A stretch of DNA of 64,000 nucleotides from Ptychomitrium polyphyllum (Eukaryota). How positions within the stretch are numbered: the first letter of the stretch is position 1; the number at the start of each line of letters is the position of its first letter. Below, in pieces: positions 38,634 through 53,585 of this stretch. The stretch covers positions 2,976,001 to 3,040,000 of the forward strand of contig OZ316775.1 of the NCBI GenBank assembly GCA_973851085.1. The letters are read 5' to 3'. A program made the position numbers and the translations under genes. The notes under the pieces were generated by a model. The model was not told the DNA's origin. It did not search any database and worked only from the letters and a program-made list of their open reading frames with translations.

Positions 38634-39186
38634 AGACGACGACGGTGACAAGCAAAGAGCGAAGATGCTCTACTGGTTCTCAACAATCCCCCACCAGCAA
38701 ACCCTACAACAGACGACCCAGCCAGAGCTTTTAGTGGAAGACTCACGCACAGCAACGCTCGCTACGAATTGGGGGCAAAGCACAGTTTGAGGTAACGTGT
38801 ATGCGGTAGACCACGATGCATCGTCTCTCCCTCTCTCAGGATTCTATCACGCAACCACCTGGTTAATTGGAAATCATAACGACTTCATTCCCCAAACTCC
38901 CTCTCCCTCTCTCACTCACACTTACACTCACACATACTGCTGCTCCATCCTCGAAAATAATCATCAATACAAACCTCTCAAACCAAAACTACAAACCAGG
39001 AAAAGAGGAATATTGAGTACCTGAAAAAACCGCCACGAAAACAGTGTCCGAAATCCCACCGTGCTCCGCAATCAACCACTAATGATCCCTCCCAACCTCA
39101 CCTGCACCCCACAGTGGTGCAACCTCGTCCAGAGCGAAGGCTCAACAAACTAGCAACTTATCTGGGTCCCAAAGCCTCCACCTTTG

Positions 39187-39261
39187 CTACTGATGCTGTT
39201 GATGATGATGATGGTGATTATGATACGACTCAACCTGCTGCTGCTGCTGCTGCTGCTGCTG
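39187..39261. repeat. (GAT)n/(CTG)n microsatellites upstream of WRKY
   Basis: gatgatgatgatg and about nine ctg units. Confidence 0.9.
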
Positions 39262-42200
39262 ACTGATTCTGTTCCACAGCCACGAATTGAGTGTCGGTTC
39301 AAGGGAAAAGCAAGGGGACCAGGAGAAGAGGACCAGGAGGACCAGGCGATGGGGAAGGAAAGGGGAACACGGGCTAGTAGGAGGTAGAAGGAGTCTCAAA
39401 TGATTCCCCACACACGAAAAGCTTCGAGGTTGGATGCATGTGAACAACGAACCAAATCAACCAGACCAAACGCAAAGTCTTGGGCTTGGAATGCAATGGA
39501 ACGGAATAGAATGGAACCAACACTGCTCAGCAAGCAAGCAAGCTAATAGAGATAGACAAGAGAGGGAAAGCGCAGGTTCGAGGGAGGATTCAGTCAACCA
39601 GAGCCGCCCCCACGTTGCTTGTCCAAACCACCCTTTTTTTCTCCTTTTTCTAATGTTTCTATTCAGCGTACAGTGTTGCAGCTGCTGGTGTTGCATTTGG
39701 GTCCTGCCTCCCATTGGGCGGCATTTTGCATACTCTATGAGTTACCACCCGCCCAGACGTCACAGATGGCCTAGTGTTGGCCAGGCGTGGTGGTTATTAT
39801 TATCAAAGTGTTTATTACCTACCTTCTTCAACCATGTGCTCTTCAGCCTGGGCTGCCATGGGAACTTCCAACCACCTGGTTGCCTGGCCGTGCTTACAGA
39901 CAACTTTGGGCTCTGGCACTTGTTTGCCTATGTTGCAGTTACGGCTTTCCATGCTCCCACTCCCTTATACCCCTGTACATGTCTGCACACTAATCATGTC
40001 TGGCATGGGAGTCTGGGGTGCAGACTGGGAGGATGCTCCCAACTTGGGTTTGTTATTTGTGAATACCTATGTGCGCTTCATCAAAGATAAAGAACTTTGG
40101 TCTCTTCTCTGTCTTTTCCTTCCTTGTTTCCCTCTTTTTCCTTTTCTGAATGCAAACGAAGGAGTTCCAATGCACTGCAGATCATCTACTCCTTTTTCTA
40201 TTGAAATGCAAAGATCATCTAAATTTCATCCAGTTACACACCTGATTCCGTCACAGCATAGACAGGGCCTTTGAGGAGCTGTGCTGGCCTGTTTTCCTAT
40301 TTGGCACAATAAGACTTCATTGCAAGGACCTGTTTAGTTGGAGTTAACTGAAATCCAGCAGGATCTCATTTACACTTGGGTTTCCTTATTGTGAGGCAGA
40401 GTATTGATGTGTTCATTCAAGATGTACTTGCAGCTCAATCCACTAGAAAATGGTGTAAGTTTAATGAAATACTATATCAACAGCAGGGATTAGAAAAACT
40501 TCTAACTGCTGACTGTGCAAGTTATAATAGGAATTTGGTATTTGGACAATAATTCAGTTACATGGGTTATCTGCTATTAGTGTAGCCCTGTCCTGACATG
40601 GAATCCATGGGCTGGCAAATGAGAACAGGAACCAAACAATTGGTTAACCATGGTAATAGCTGGAGTCCCTCCTGAAGGGCCATTCAAATAACTCTAATGG
40701 TTGCATGGTTTGCAAGAGTCTTCTGAAGGTGGATAGTTTTTGAGAAAGCACTAGGAGAACATGTGATGTTGCTAACATATGTTACCAACTGAAATGTGTC
40801 AATGCCATATTCCACAGACAGTGACTTCAGTTTGACTAGTTTTGACCAGGAGGTCTTCATTGCAACTTTATGGTCAATGAATTGCAAAAGTCTACATGTA
40901 TAGAATTAGGTGATTATTTGAGTGCGCTTCAATGTATTAACTTCCTTTCTCCATCCCAACTTCTCATGCATATGTTGCTGCCTAGTCTCAGAAATTCCTA
41001 TTTATCGACCAGTCAAACAAGTTGTAACCCTTTTGTGCTGCCCTAGGAGAGAATATCATACACTGTTGGGATTGAGGCGAAGGAGTAAGGAAAAGAGTTA
41101 TCCAAAATATGTGTCAAGTTCTCAATTGCATATATCTCATCTAATTTAAGAATTATGAATAAACATAAGCTTTCAGGCATTTGCAGTACTATGGTGGTAA
41201 TTAGTACAGTTCACAGTGGGCATGCTTTGACCCAGCCAACCAAGCTAGAGGAAATGACCTCAATATTGAAGAGTCAAATAATAGAAACTTGGAGGAAATG
41301 AAGGAAAATAAATTGTGAAACTCAGAAAATGTTCACATAATTTGTGGATATCTATGGGATTGTAGTATCTTTTACCCTGAATTTGGGGAGCAATGGACCC
41401 CATCACAGTCAACTGACTTTCCAAAGGTCATTAAATGGCACCTAAAATCTTTCTTTAGTCTATACAAAAGGATGGAAAGGTATTTACCCCAAGTCCTTTA
41501 TTCTTTGAGGGACCTTCTGAAGGTTCATTAGGGCTATGCAAGGCATGTACTGCACCTTTACTTGAGAATTCCAAAATTGAGTAGAATGACCCTCCAGTGG
41601 ATGTTGCATGATCAATTCAGTTTAAGTTTGGAATTGGCATTCCACTTTCAATGTTTTTACTTAATACTATTTGTAGCCAATTTGCTTCACATATTTTACC
41701 AAACGATTTTTGAAATGTGACAGAAGAAATAGGAAATTTAAGGTGTATAGCCAAATTTTGTTTAGGTATCACCTCAATATCATTATGGCTTCATCAAGTA
41801 TCACCTATTGCATAAGTAATAGAAAGGTGTGTGCTTTTATTGCAAAACTGAAAAGACCATAAAAAAACAACCATTAAAATGGTATTTAATATTGCATATT
41901 CTAGTGATTGCTTATACAAAGTTATAACAAATTGAATACTTTTACCATGAGCGGGGACATAAATATTATACATGTAGAAGAATCTCTATAAACATAGGTG
42001 GGAGAATAATCGTAATCAATAAAAAGTTATAGCAATTCAAATCAGTTAGTGAAAGTGGAAAGTGGTACTAAATACTGTTCTAAGTACAGCTCTTGGCATT
42101 AGCCCTTTGATTCTGTGGAAATCTGAATCTAGCCGGCTCCATATAAATGTGCTGCATTGACAGCTCAAGGATACACAAGAGGTTATCAACTAATCAGCAT

Positions 42201-45200
42201 CTCTAGACTAGCGACTGACATGTTGGTGACCTATTTAGATTGTCCACAAGCTGTACAGAATACAGTGTGTGCATTGCACATGAATGGGCATTTATACTGA
42301 ACGGTTACTGCAGAAGCAATTACATTAGGTAGACAAACATCCAAGCAATGGGTTCATAGTTGAATAAGGATTACTAGAATTGGAGATAGGTTTGCAACAT
42401 TATTATCAATGTGTATCTAAATTTCAATGATTATTCTTTTTGTGAACTTGAAAGAAAGCTTCATAATAAGACACTTGGAAGGTTAGATCTTAAGTATCTA
42501 GCCATCAAGTTTTTGGATACAAATGGATTTGGACTCTTACAACAATATTGTTACATATCAATATATTTTCCGTCCATCTAAACTTCTCTTAATCTTTAAA
42601 TTAAATGGCCATAATTGATACAATTAAAAATTCTAACCAAATTATTACATAATAAAATATTCATGTAAAGTTGGTTCCTCAATTCTAAACACAAGGATTT
42701 TAAAATGACTTCCAATATTAGCTTAAATAGTATTAAAAATGATTTGTTTTATCTTTATTATTCAAATAACCATAATAAAGTTCCTTGAAAATTTTAATTT
42801 AAGCTAATACTTTATTTCAAAGAAGAATTATAAATTTTGATTTTAAAACATTAGTGATTATTATAGTAGATTTTACCTTACATATATAATCTATATCAAT
42901 ATCTATAACTTCTTTGATTTGTACCCACATATTAATAAGTCATTAATATCTTATGATGCATTTTGAAAATGTACCTAAATACATGATTGTAAAGAATAAG
43001 AGAGGGAAAAATGACAACACTTATTCCAAAATTGTTATCACTCACAAGACTTAGTATCCAAAATATAGCAAGTCTTTCAAAAGCTCTTTTAAATTAGTTA
43101 TTTCATACATTTGATCACATTTTAAAGTCCTAAGAATAATGAAGCAAGTCATGCATTTAACCAAGTTTAAAGATAAAAAAAACAATCTAACAAGCCTTTA
43201 TATTCAACATTCCACACAATGGTTCAAAATATATTAACTATTATAAAAATATAATATGAATTAAAAACATACTTATATGAATATTTTAATAATTTTTAAA
43301 CTACAAAACTTCTTTGTATTATTATCAATTAGAAAAAAAACACTAAAGTATGTAATATAAGTGCACTTAATGCAATATGTATTTCAAATACATATTACTT
43401 TCCTGACACATCTAATTTTGCACAATTCTTATTTAAAGTTATGCAATTTAATATATATAAGAAATGACTTTGGAATTCCTTACAATACTTTGACAACCTT
43501 TAAAATCCATTATTATAAAGAACCATGTATGTGCATTTATTTTTAATACAAATTTTGAACTTCAAGACATGATTATGCCAATACAATATATGTAATTGTT
43601 TACAACGTGTTCTAATAATATAATTTTTTTGCATACTCTCATTCCTCGAAATTAGTATAAATTATAGCTTCAAATTTACAAATTTTAAGTGAGTAATGTT
43701 GCAAAATTAATCCTCATATGTTTAAGTTTATATTCATAAAAATCCATATAGAAGCTATTCATTTTGTATGCATTTGTGGTATTTGATGTTGGAAATTCTT
43801 GAAACAAACAAATAATCTTTAATCGCCATATGCTTGTTCAACATCATGACATACAGATTCAATGTAGCAATTATCATGTAACAACAATGACATGATCCAC
43901 TTCTAGCTTTGAATTCCAAATTTTAACCTTAAATCATAAGATCTTTGAAATTCTTCTTTTAAGAATAAAATATGGCCATGTAATCTTTAATACTTATTAA
44001 GGTGTTTTTAAACATCATGCTTCTAAAAATAAATTGATTATTAATTTAAGTATTAAAAACTATACAAATCTTAAAGGATATTCCAATATATTGGAAATTT
44101 CTTCAAAAATATGTTATCAAAATTTTCTTAAGATAAGAAAAATCTTATTATACACGTATAAAATCTATCAAATTCATTTATAAAAAACACATCATTTACA
44201 AGTCATAGTGTACATTTCCAATTGCAGAATTTTCTATATTACTTGAATTCAATAGAACATTCACGAACATTCAATTAATTCAATTTTTATCATTAATTCA
44301 TTAATTTGACGTGCAAAAAGATTTTGCCACAAATCAAATGGGATATAACATGTGTTAAACTTCACTTTTTTGAATTTTTGTAGAACATGAAAGTCATAAT
44401 GCTCAACCTCTAAATTCCATATAAATGGTTAAAAAACCTCCAAAATAATGTATTAGTTTAAAACCAATAATCTAAGTATTTATAAAAATCACATATTTAT
44501 TTTTGGATCTAATTGGTTAAAAAATACAATGTCTAAAACATGCTTAATATTTGCCGTTTACTTTTATAAAAGTCCACTAAACTCCAATGAGAATGTGTAC
44601 ATGTTAGAAGTGGATAGTTTGAACACTTCAAGTATTTACAATCCAATGAGTGTATAATTACCTTATTAAGCATATAATTTTTATTAGTCATATCAAATTT
44701 TCAAAAATATTGTTAAATTAGTATTCTTGACAAAAATCAAATAAATTGTTGACTTTAAATAGGATTTTCATTAAATCTAAACTATTCAATGTATATTTGA
44801 CTCCATTTCAATCATATTATGGCTTCAAATTTTGAATATTAGCATCATGAGCATTTTGAGCATCTTTCTATAAATTTAATAATTCACTAATAAATTTAGA
44901 TTTTGTATAACTATATTCTTCAAAGTTCTAATGACAATCTTTTGATTGAAGGTGAATTTTTGAGAATTGGTGAATAAGTATGCCATAACTATTAGTAGGC
45001 AGGAAAAAAAACAATTATCTAATACATATAATACATGAATTTTTTAAATATAAAATCACCTAAAATTTATAGACATGTATCTAATTTTTTTTAACTATTT
45101 AATTATTTTTTAAAAGATAGAATATAACTTATAAATTAAATGCACAAAAATATATGGAATTTTATAATTTAATAATGGCTTTAGCATCTATAAAACCTTC

Positions 45201-47594
45201 TAAAAGTTCTTCAAAAAAATCTTTGATCTACCACAATTATATATTTCCACAATCAAATAAGCTTATAGCATCTATTGTATTACAACAACTCTATGGCTAC
45301 AAAAAAAGCTTTCAATTTTAATTAGAAATTGCATGAAGTTTTAATGAAAGAGATACATATTTATGATCTTCTATATAAATAAATGTATGAATAAAAGAAA
45401 CATACATGATAATGAACATTTTAGGAATAATACACATTCTTGGATAGATGAAACAAAGATGCAATATATGAATATTGATGATAAAACATATTTAAAATCA
45501 ATACATTGTAATCAATAACTGTAGAATATTTTTAATATGGTATTTTAATATGTTTTGAAAAAAAATCAAGGCCATGTAGTGTTGATTGAATATCATTGAT
45601 TCATGAAGTGAAGTAGTTTTTTAAAGTTGTCTTCAAAGAACTTAGAAGTAGACATCTTTAGTGAGGTTAATTTTATTTGGTTGAAAATAATGCATTTAGA
45701 AATATAATTTAGCTTAAATGGCACATTATTCTAGCTACAAATGTAATAGTGGATTCAAAGGACCACCTCTTATCATTTCTAAAATGCCTTGATTTCATTT
45801 CTTTAGTTCAAAATCATTAAAGTATATAAGTACAAAATATAATAGTTAATAATTAAAATTTGAAGGTTTTTTAATTAAACCTTTCATTCAATTATATTTC
45901 AAATTATTGGTCATTCACCAAAAGATTACTTTTTATTTATATCAGTTGCTAAGTTTTGAAGAAGTATATAATTTGTCAAAGAAATAATTTGTCAATTGAT
46001 TTGTGCAATGTCTTATTTATTGATTTTATAATTCAAGAATAGCAATTTCTTTGTTATATTGAATTAAAGAACTTGGTAGTACATTTCATATTTGACTCAT
46101 TTGATAGTAATCATATTATATAATTTTTAGGATTTTATAAATATGATATTTGTCTTTAATTCAAGTAATGTTTATCTTTAGTTGAACTCATATTTGAAAA
46201 TTTAAATTAAATTTTGAAGAAAATTAAATAATCAAGTTTTGAAGATTAGAATTAATTTAACCTTTAAGGTTCTAATTTAATTCATAAAATGTCCTAAATT
46301 TTGCAAAATTATTTACAAATGGCGTACATATTTTTAATTTACAAATTATAAAATCCAAATGATTAAAAAGGTACATATGTGGGATTAGTTCTCCATTGTT
46401 GATCATATTTTAGTTTTTATTTTAGAATTAATAGAATATTCTTTTAAATTACTTTGTTTAAAACCAATTATGTCTCATCTTTTTGTATTATTATGAAACA
46501 GCCAATGAGAATATATGGTGATACAGGTAGTATGTTGTACACAAGAGGTAGCAACAGGTTAAGTTGCAATTTGCATGAAGATTATAGGAAGATGTTACCT
46601 ATATGCTCACTTACGTATAGCTTGGGACAATGACGCTGACCCTTAGAGGGTGTCTCTTAACCTGGTTCATTTCACCTAAAGGATGGGCAAAGCCATAAAT
46701 TGACAAAGTTTCACCAAAACTGGAGGCACTTTCTGCAGGACAATTTTGATGACCATCAATCATGGCTTCATGATTATGAAAGGGATGTTTGTGCCACCCA
46801 ATTCAATTTTGCCCTAGAGTCTCTGTTCAGGCTTGGTACATTGCTTTGAGGTACTGAGTTGCTTGTTTAGCCTCCTTAAACAAAACCAAGGGTAGCAATC
46901 TCATTCAGTAAGTACACATACGGTGTACTTACATATATATAGTATGTGTACATATTAACCCTTAAGAGGTTGTAGGGTGATCTTTGAATTGATAATTAGG
47001 GCAAAACCATTATAAACAATCATGGAGAGATATTTTGAATTGATGTGTAAATTTTTTTTATAAATTTTGAATTTCAGGTTCTATTTGATTCTATTTGTAG
47101 GATCATATTCACCAATGCCACCACAATATTCTTTTATAAATTTTGAGTTTAAGAAAAAGACTCATTAAAAATCAATTACACAAAGTTCATTGACACTTTT
47201 TGAATGGATCTGAATACAACGTGCTTAATTTGGTGATTATGAGACCTTTTTTAATTTAAATGTATGACTTGAAATTGCATTAATTTTAGTTTTGCAAGAT
47301 TTAACTTGGTCAATACTTCATATAAATTAATGTTTATATGTATATTTTAAGAACAGGTTTGTACGTGGGTTTAGCAGAGGGCCTACTTTCTATTAAATGA
47401 TACTCATCCTTGGAATGATTAGAATATTACTAATAGTTTGTATTATGAATTTAGATGGGGTCGTTTATTATGCTCAAAAGGAATAGTTTTAAAAATATTT
47501 GTTTGAATTGAAAGACTTTTCATGAATAAAATTGACAAAAACATAAAATTGTAATAAAATCAATTGGTCTAACATAACTTTGTTTTATGATATG

Positions 47595-48055
47595 TATTAT
47601 GGTTGGTAACTACTAAGTGACCAATGACCGGTAGTTACTAAATAATAATAGTAAAATGATATATAAACAAGTTTATAATTGATAACTACCAAATAGAAGA
47701 GTAATGGTAGTTTAAAAAATTAAGATAGAAAAGTACCTTAAAGTATTTTATAATGAAAGAACATACATAAGAGTTATGATATACAAAAATATGGTTGAGT
47801 CATAATTTCCAAATCTAGAGTGTACAACTCAATTAATGGAAAACAAGATACAATACACCCTCAACTCTCTTGGTTGAGGGTTTAAATATTATTTTTTAGA
47901 TCCTATAATAATGGATCTACATTTGTTATATGAATTAACAAATTAATACTATCATCTAGTTGTTACCATTGGAGGATGTCTGATAATACCAATATAGAGA
48001 GATTGGTAGAAGAAGTCCGGTAATACGGGATATAATACCCGGTAGGCCGATAACA
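47595..48055 (-). mobile_element. Solo LTR (family A), reverse orientation
   Basis: Perfect 5-bp TSD ATATG (47590-47594 and 48056-48060); reverse complement starts TGTTATCGGCCTACCGGGTATTATA like 17130 and 30082. Confidence 0.85.
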
Positions 48056-48192
48056 ATATGGATTACTGAAAATAAATTATGTGGAGACCTACGTACTTAT
48101 CCAAGGCTAAATTAAATAATTTTGTTTATATTTACAATTCGGGTATTTACTGGAATTGGTAATTATTTTGTTCCCAATACAATGTTACAAAC

Positions 48193-48301
48193 AAACCAAA
48201 TCACCGTAAAAGTTAAACCAAATCATCATAAAAGTTAAACCAAATCATCGTAAAAGTTAAACCAAATCATCGTAAAAGTTAAACCAAATCATCGTAAAAG
48301 T
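48193..48301. repeat. 22-bp minisatellite, 5 copies
   Basis: aaaccaaatcatcgtaaaagtt repeated head to tail. Confidence 0.95.
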
Positions 48302-50329
48302 ACAACCATTCCATAAGTTCTGCACTAACACATGAGGCCCTTGAATCATCTTCTAATTGAAGAAGTTGAAGAAGTTGTAAACAACACACATATCTACAAC
48401 AAACCAACAGAGCTTTAGTCTGTAACAATTTTTATTGAAACTTGGCAAAAAAGGACTTCATGCAATATACACAAGGTAGCTTCAGGTTATCTCCTGAATC
48501 CACACTGCTATTACCAGAATCTGTTATTACATATTTTATGAACAATGTGATTTTACTACCTATATTGTTACATATTGCAGGTTATTACATGTAAATTACA
48601 CAGTGCAGGATTTTGTTCACATAACAACTCTGCAATGACCCTTATGAACACCCTCTCTCAAATTTCATCACTGGAGAGCACAATTTTGCTGTCAAAAACA
48701 TCGTCCAAATCTTCATTTTTCAACAAACTTTAAGAATATATATGCTTTGCATTATTAAATTAGATTCATGCTTTTGTGCATTCATTGCCAAATATCTTCA
48801 CTATCACTTATTGTTTAGTTCCCACTTTGTAAGATTGAGGTCGATTGCTTCAACAATAAAAAAATGTTATGCCATCTTTCAAAACTATGTAAAACAATTA
48901 GGATAAAAGACATATATCTAGATAGTTTTAGCCATTGAATCTATGCTTTGGAATTATTTGAGAGTCAAATAAATTGCATTATAAAGTACGTAGATTTAAT
49001 GCACAATTTCAAAGAAAGCTTGTTTCTTGCAATTCATATACATATTTATGAATTATTAAAAGTTGGCTTTCTCAAAAACCTACATAAATTAATAGACCAA
49101 TCACATTGTATTACATATTTTATGAACAATGTGATTTTACATTCAAAGTATTACATGCAAAATGAACAATCATGATTAGCGTTTAATTGAGCTGTAACTA
49201 ATAACTATCAAAGATTTTTATTTGAAGGTATTTACTATTGGACTTGGAAGTATGTGTGGTAGACTTGAGAAAAAGTGAGGGTTTGAGAATGTTTTCTATT
49301 TTATTTTGCAAAAGGTGACAAATCTATACAAAATTGGAATGTTAGATTTTGATGTTTTTTACATTAAAAACTTCCATAATTCTTCCATATAAAATTTTTA
49401 ATACAAAAAACATTACCATATTTAAATTAAAAAAAGATCTAAGTTGTGAATTACATTGAAGGTAAATTCATTTTATGAGGAATTAAATAGCATGTAAATA
49501 ACTATATCAAATTACAATTGATAAATTAAATTTGTAAAATTCTACAATTAGTATTAAAGCAACCTCTTCTTTATAAATCAAGTTAAAAAGAAAATTTAAA
49601 ACTAATTGAATTATACCTTTGAAAAATGGTAAAAAATTATAAAGTATGTGAATAATATAGATGTTAATGAAATATTGTTTAAACATTGGTTCTAAAATAT
49701 TATATTTAAGTCTTTGGAATTGAACCATAGTTATTTAGAATAAAAATTACACAATAATTTTTAAAAAATTAAAAAACAAGTAACATGTAATAATATGGAA
49801 GATATTACAAGTCTTTGAAATATTTAAAATTAGGAATTTTTTTAATTTTAAACTGAAATAGAAAAAATCAAGAAAGAGTGGTTAGTTTCTTTTTCTTATA
49901 TCATTGGATAAGAAGGTTTGTTGGAATATACCTTGTTAAATTTGGAGGCTCAAAGGACCTTTAGATTCTTCCAAAAGATAGATTAATTCTCTACTAAAAG
50001 CCATATACATAAACTTTGGTATATACAATGTCTGTGGTAATTTTCTAAAGATTGTAGGCTTTTATCATGCATGGAAGATAATAAAATAGAACATTAACAA
50101 AAAATTGCAATAAAAAATAAATCCAAAGATGATAATTATATTAAAATACTTACAGAATCAAAATAAAAGAATTATAAAGATTGTTTTATAATTTGTATTG
50201 GAAAGAGAAGTGTGCACCTCATTTTGTTTCTTATCTACATGTAGATAATATATGTTCATAATACCTTAGACTTTTAAAGGCCATAAACAATAGCCATTCT
50301 ACATCTTGAAAGTCCAAAAAAAACCATTG

Positions 50330-50372
50330 TATTATTATTATTATTGTTATTATTATTATTATTATTATTATT
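50330..50372. repeat. (TTA)n microsatellite
   Basis: Run of tta units. Confidence 0.9.
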
Positions 50373-52493
50373 TAACACTATAGAATTATTATTTTTAATA
50401 AATTATGGAATTATATATTAATATTTTTTATCAATTCAATAATTATTAGAATGAAAATAAATAAATTTGTAACAACTATGTTGTTGGATGATATAAGTAC
50501 TTTTTTTGAATGATATAATTATTGATTTAAATTAACTCAAATAAATCATTATTGGAAATTAAACATACCATTGAGGTATTATTTGTAGGACTTTAAAGTG
50601 TGTACATAATAAATTATCCTATACTTTAATCTACTTGTTTAAAAAATCAAATCAACATTACACTTTATTTCCATAAATCATAATGGATGAATTTCATTTT
50701 AAAACATAGACTGATTAATGATTTAGAAGGCAAGAATTTTTTTTGCAAGTAAATAATTCAAGTATTAGCATAAAGTGTTCAATGAAATTCCAGCTTTCTA
50801 TTGTGTGGTTAATAAAATGCCTTCTTCCATTCATAAATTGACTTTAATGGTTCATTTTTAAAATACAGAGTTTCATACTATAGCCTCTTTGTTCATTTTG
50901 TTTGATTTCAAGAAAGAATTTTTTGATTCAAAGCTTTACAATGATGCAGTATATTAAAAAAGATAATTTTAAAATACCAATTTCCACCGAAGTTAGATTT
51001 CTTAAATAAATTTGAAATGCCAAATGCATGGAAAGATGCCCTTACTTATAAAAATGTTATGTGCTTAAATTTTTAATATTAACATCACTAATCAAATGGC
51101 TCTCTTTCAATTGACAATAATTAATTGGTTTCCTTTTTACATATACTTCTTATCAAAAAATTGTCCTAAATGAGCATAAATGACCATTAAAATACCTGAT
51201 CTCATCTGATAGTTGTTGCCTCTTTAATTGTTTTTAAAATACATACTCTATATTTTATTTCTTCAAAGTTTAAAGAGATGGTGAATTACTTACATATGCA
51301 CTTTAATTCAAACTCATAATATAGCCATTTCTAGATTAAAGGTGCATATTTTTCATTTTATTAATACAATCTTGGATGATAAGTTTGATTTGATTGTTTA
51401 AGTGTATAGCCATCTACTTTCTTATAATTTAAGTTCCTTGCAATGACAACCATGCTTGTACCATATTGATCATGGTTGTATTTTAAGGTGTAATTTCTTC
51501 AACAACAAATAAAATTGCTTATTCATCTTATAACCAAAAAAAATTGTTCTAAAATAAGTCTTTATTTGCTTGTGCTCCTTGATCATGCAAACCGAATGCT
51601 TATAATTTTTTTAAATGTGGATCAATTAGCAAGACCATGATATACTATCATAAGTGCAAGTCATTATGTCCTTGAATACAAACTTGTGTAATAAAATACA
51701 ACTTTAATAAGAATGTCCTCTATACTAATGGTCTTATTGAGCTATACTAACTTATATTTACTATAATATTTGATAATTATAGAATGTTTAAAATAGATAT
51801 TTGTAAATAAAAGATACAAGATATTAATAATAAAGTAGTTTTAAAACTTAACTTCCAAAAGTCAACAAGATAACAAAAATTAGTACAAGCAATAAAAATA
51901 AAATAATATGATGGATGTAATCCACAACTTGTGTTGGCAAAATTGAAGTGTATTTTATCATTCCTTAAATTTACACCATTAAGCCTATGCTTTTTATAAA
52001 ATTATAGAAATTTTTGAGGTCTTTGTTGCAAACAAAGTAAAGACAAGGCAAGGCTTCAAAATTCCAAGATATGGAATAAGGTATTTTCAAGGTATATTAA
52101 ATGCAAAGAGCTATAACAAGGTACAAAGACATGACTAGGAGGTTTGAGCTAGACTATAAGAGATGTATTGTCGAGACTAAAGATTTCTTTAGCCTCAACT
52201 CTTATATACTAAAATTATAAGCTTTAGAAGCTTCTTGAGAAGCTTCTAATACAATACTTTGTATTTAAGTAATCTTAGGTTGCTTTTTTGGAAGCTTCTT
52301 TAGTCAAAACAACTTCAATAGCCTTTTTAAACCTTCTAAAAACCTTTTTAGATGCTTTTAGTATATTTGTCTGTCATCACCTCCCCTTCGAGCTTTGAAG
52401 TCTTCAAAGAGCATGTTGCAATAAGTTCTTAGAGTAATAAGAAGTCAAACATTTGTAGCATGATGTCAGCAACATACTCCAATTGCCTTTTCT

Positions 52494-52622
52494 AATTCAA
52501 ATAATTCATGGGACCTTGTAACCGTCAATAGTGTTAAATGTCCTTGAAACACCGCTACCAATTCAAATAATTCATGGGACCTTGTAACCATCAATAGTGT
52601 TAAATGTCCTTGAAACACCGCT
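52494..52622. repeat. 67-bp tandem duplication in the chromovirus 3' UTR
   Basis: aattcaaataattcatgggaccttgtaacc...ttgaaacaccgct at 52494 and 52561. Confidence 0.95.
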
Positions 52623-53585
52623 TCTTAATAATCCGTGTATTAGGTGTCTATTAATGTTTACTTGGTTCAATTTGTTCTTTATTTCAAGGTCTTCAACACA
52701 AACCACTTGATTGAATTGATACCACTAATATGATATTTATATCTTGCCTATCCATATCTAATATATCAAATTATTCTCAAAGAACTATGATACACTCAAA
52801 ATACAAAGGAGTGGATTCTAAATCATATATGAGGCTTAAAAACTTATGTTTTAAGAATTTTTTTTGCCCTTGCTTAAAAATCCAAGAATCAAGAGTCTTC
52901 AAGGTTATGTAATATTACGTAGCCATTGTTCTTTAATTTGCTACTTTTGGTTTGGATGGATGTTTTTGATGAAACTCACAAATTTTTATCAGCAAATTGG
53001 CAAGATTATTAGCTGCCTTCCATGTGCGTCCATTAATATCATATCCACCCCAATGGACCAAATATTCCAACCTTCCACGTTTTATCCTTAAATCAAATGG
53101 TTCTTCTATTTCAAATTTATAATGATTGTTGATTTTTATCACATATAGTAGCTGTTGTCTTTGTCTAAGGACAGTTGATTCTTTTTACGCTCTTAAAAAT
53201 GAAACGTGGAAAATTAGATGTACTTTCATTGATGCTAGTAGTTTCAAACAATATGCCACATAATTGACTTGTTTTTGAATTGCAAATGGTTCCAACTTGT
53301 AATACTCCAATTTGTTACATGACCTTTTAGTCCTTTTATTGCATCAAAAGAGCCACACCTTCTCACCAACTTGGGATGGAAGTTGTTCCTTCCTTATTGC
53401 ATTTGTTGATGCTTAGTATCCTTCTTGAGCTTCTTCAAGTTGAACTTTTATGATTGCTTGAAGCTCTGCCCTGTTTGTGACAAATTCCTTTATTACTGGA
53501 TTTTCATATTGTGAAGGTTATAATATATCCATTTTTGAATGATGTCCATAATTTGAATAGAATAACATTTATTGGATTGAAGCGT

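Noticed and set aside
39434..40274. 218-aa and 166-aa + strand ORFs divergent from WRKY
   Set aside because: No domain, atypical composition, overlapping frames; probably promoter-region noise.
46908..46932. Hairpin gtaagtacac-atacg-gtgtacttac as miRNA or terminator
   Set aside because: A 10-bp stem is too short for a plant miRNA precursor, and intrinsic terminators do not apply here.
48193..48301. Possible CRISPR array
   Set aside because: Units are directly adjacent with no unique spacers, and the context is eukaryotic.
42400..51900. Short AT-rich ORFs and possible LINE remnants
   Set aside because: Too degenerate to assign by eye; no supported motif series.
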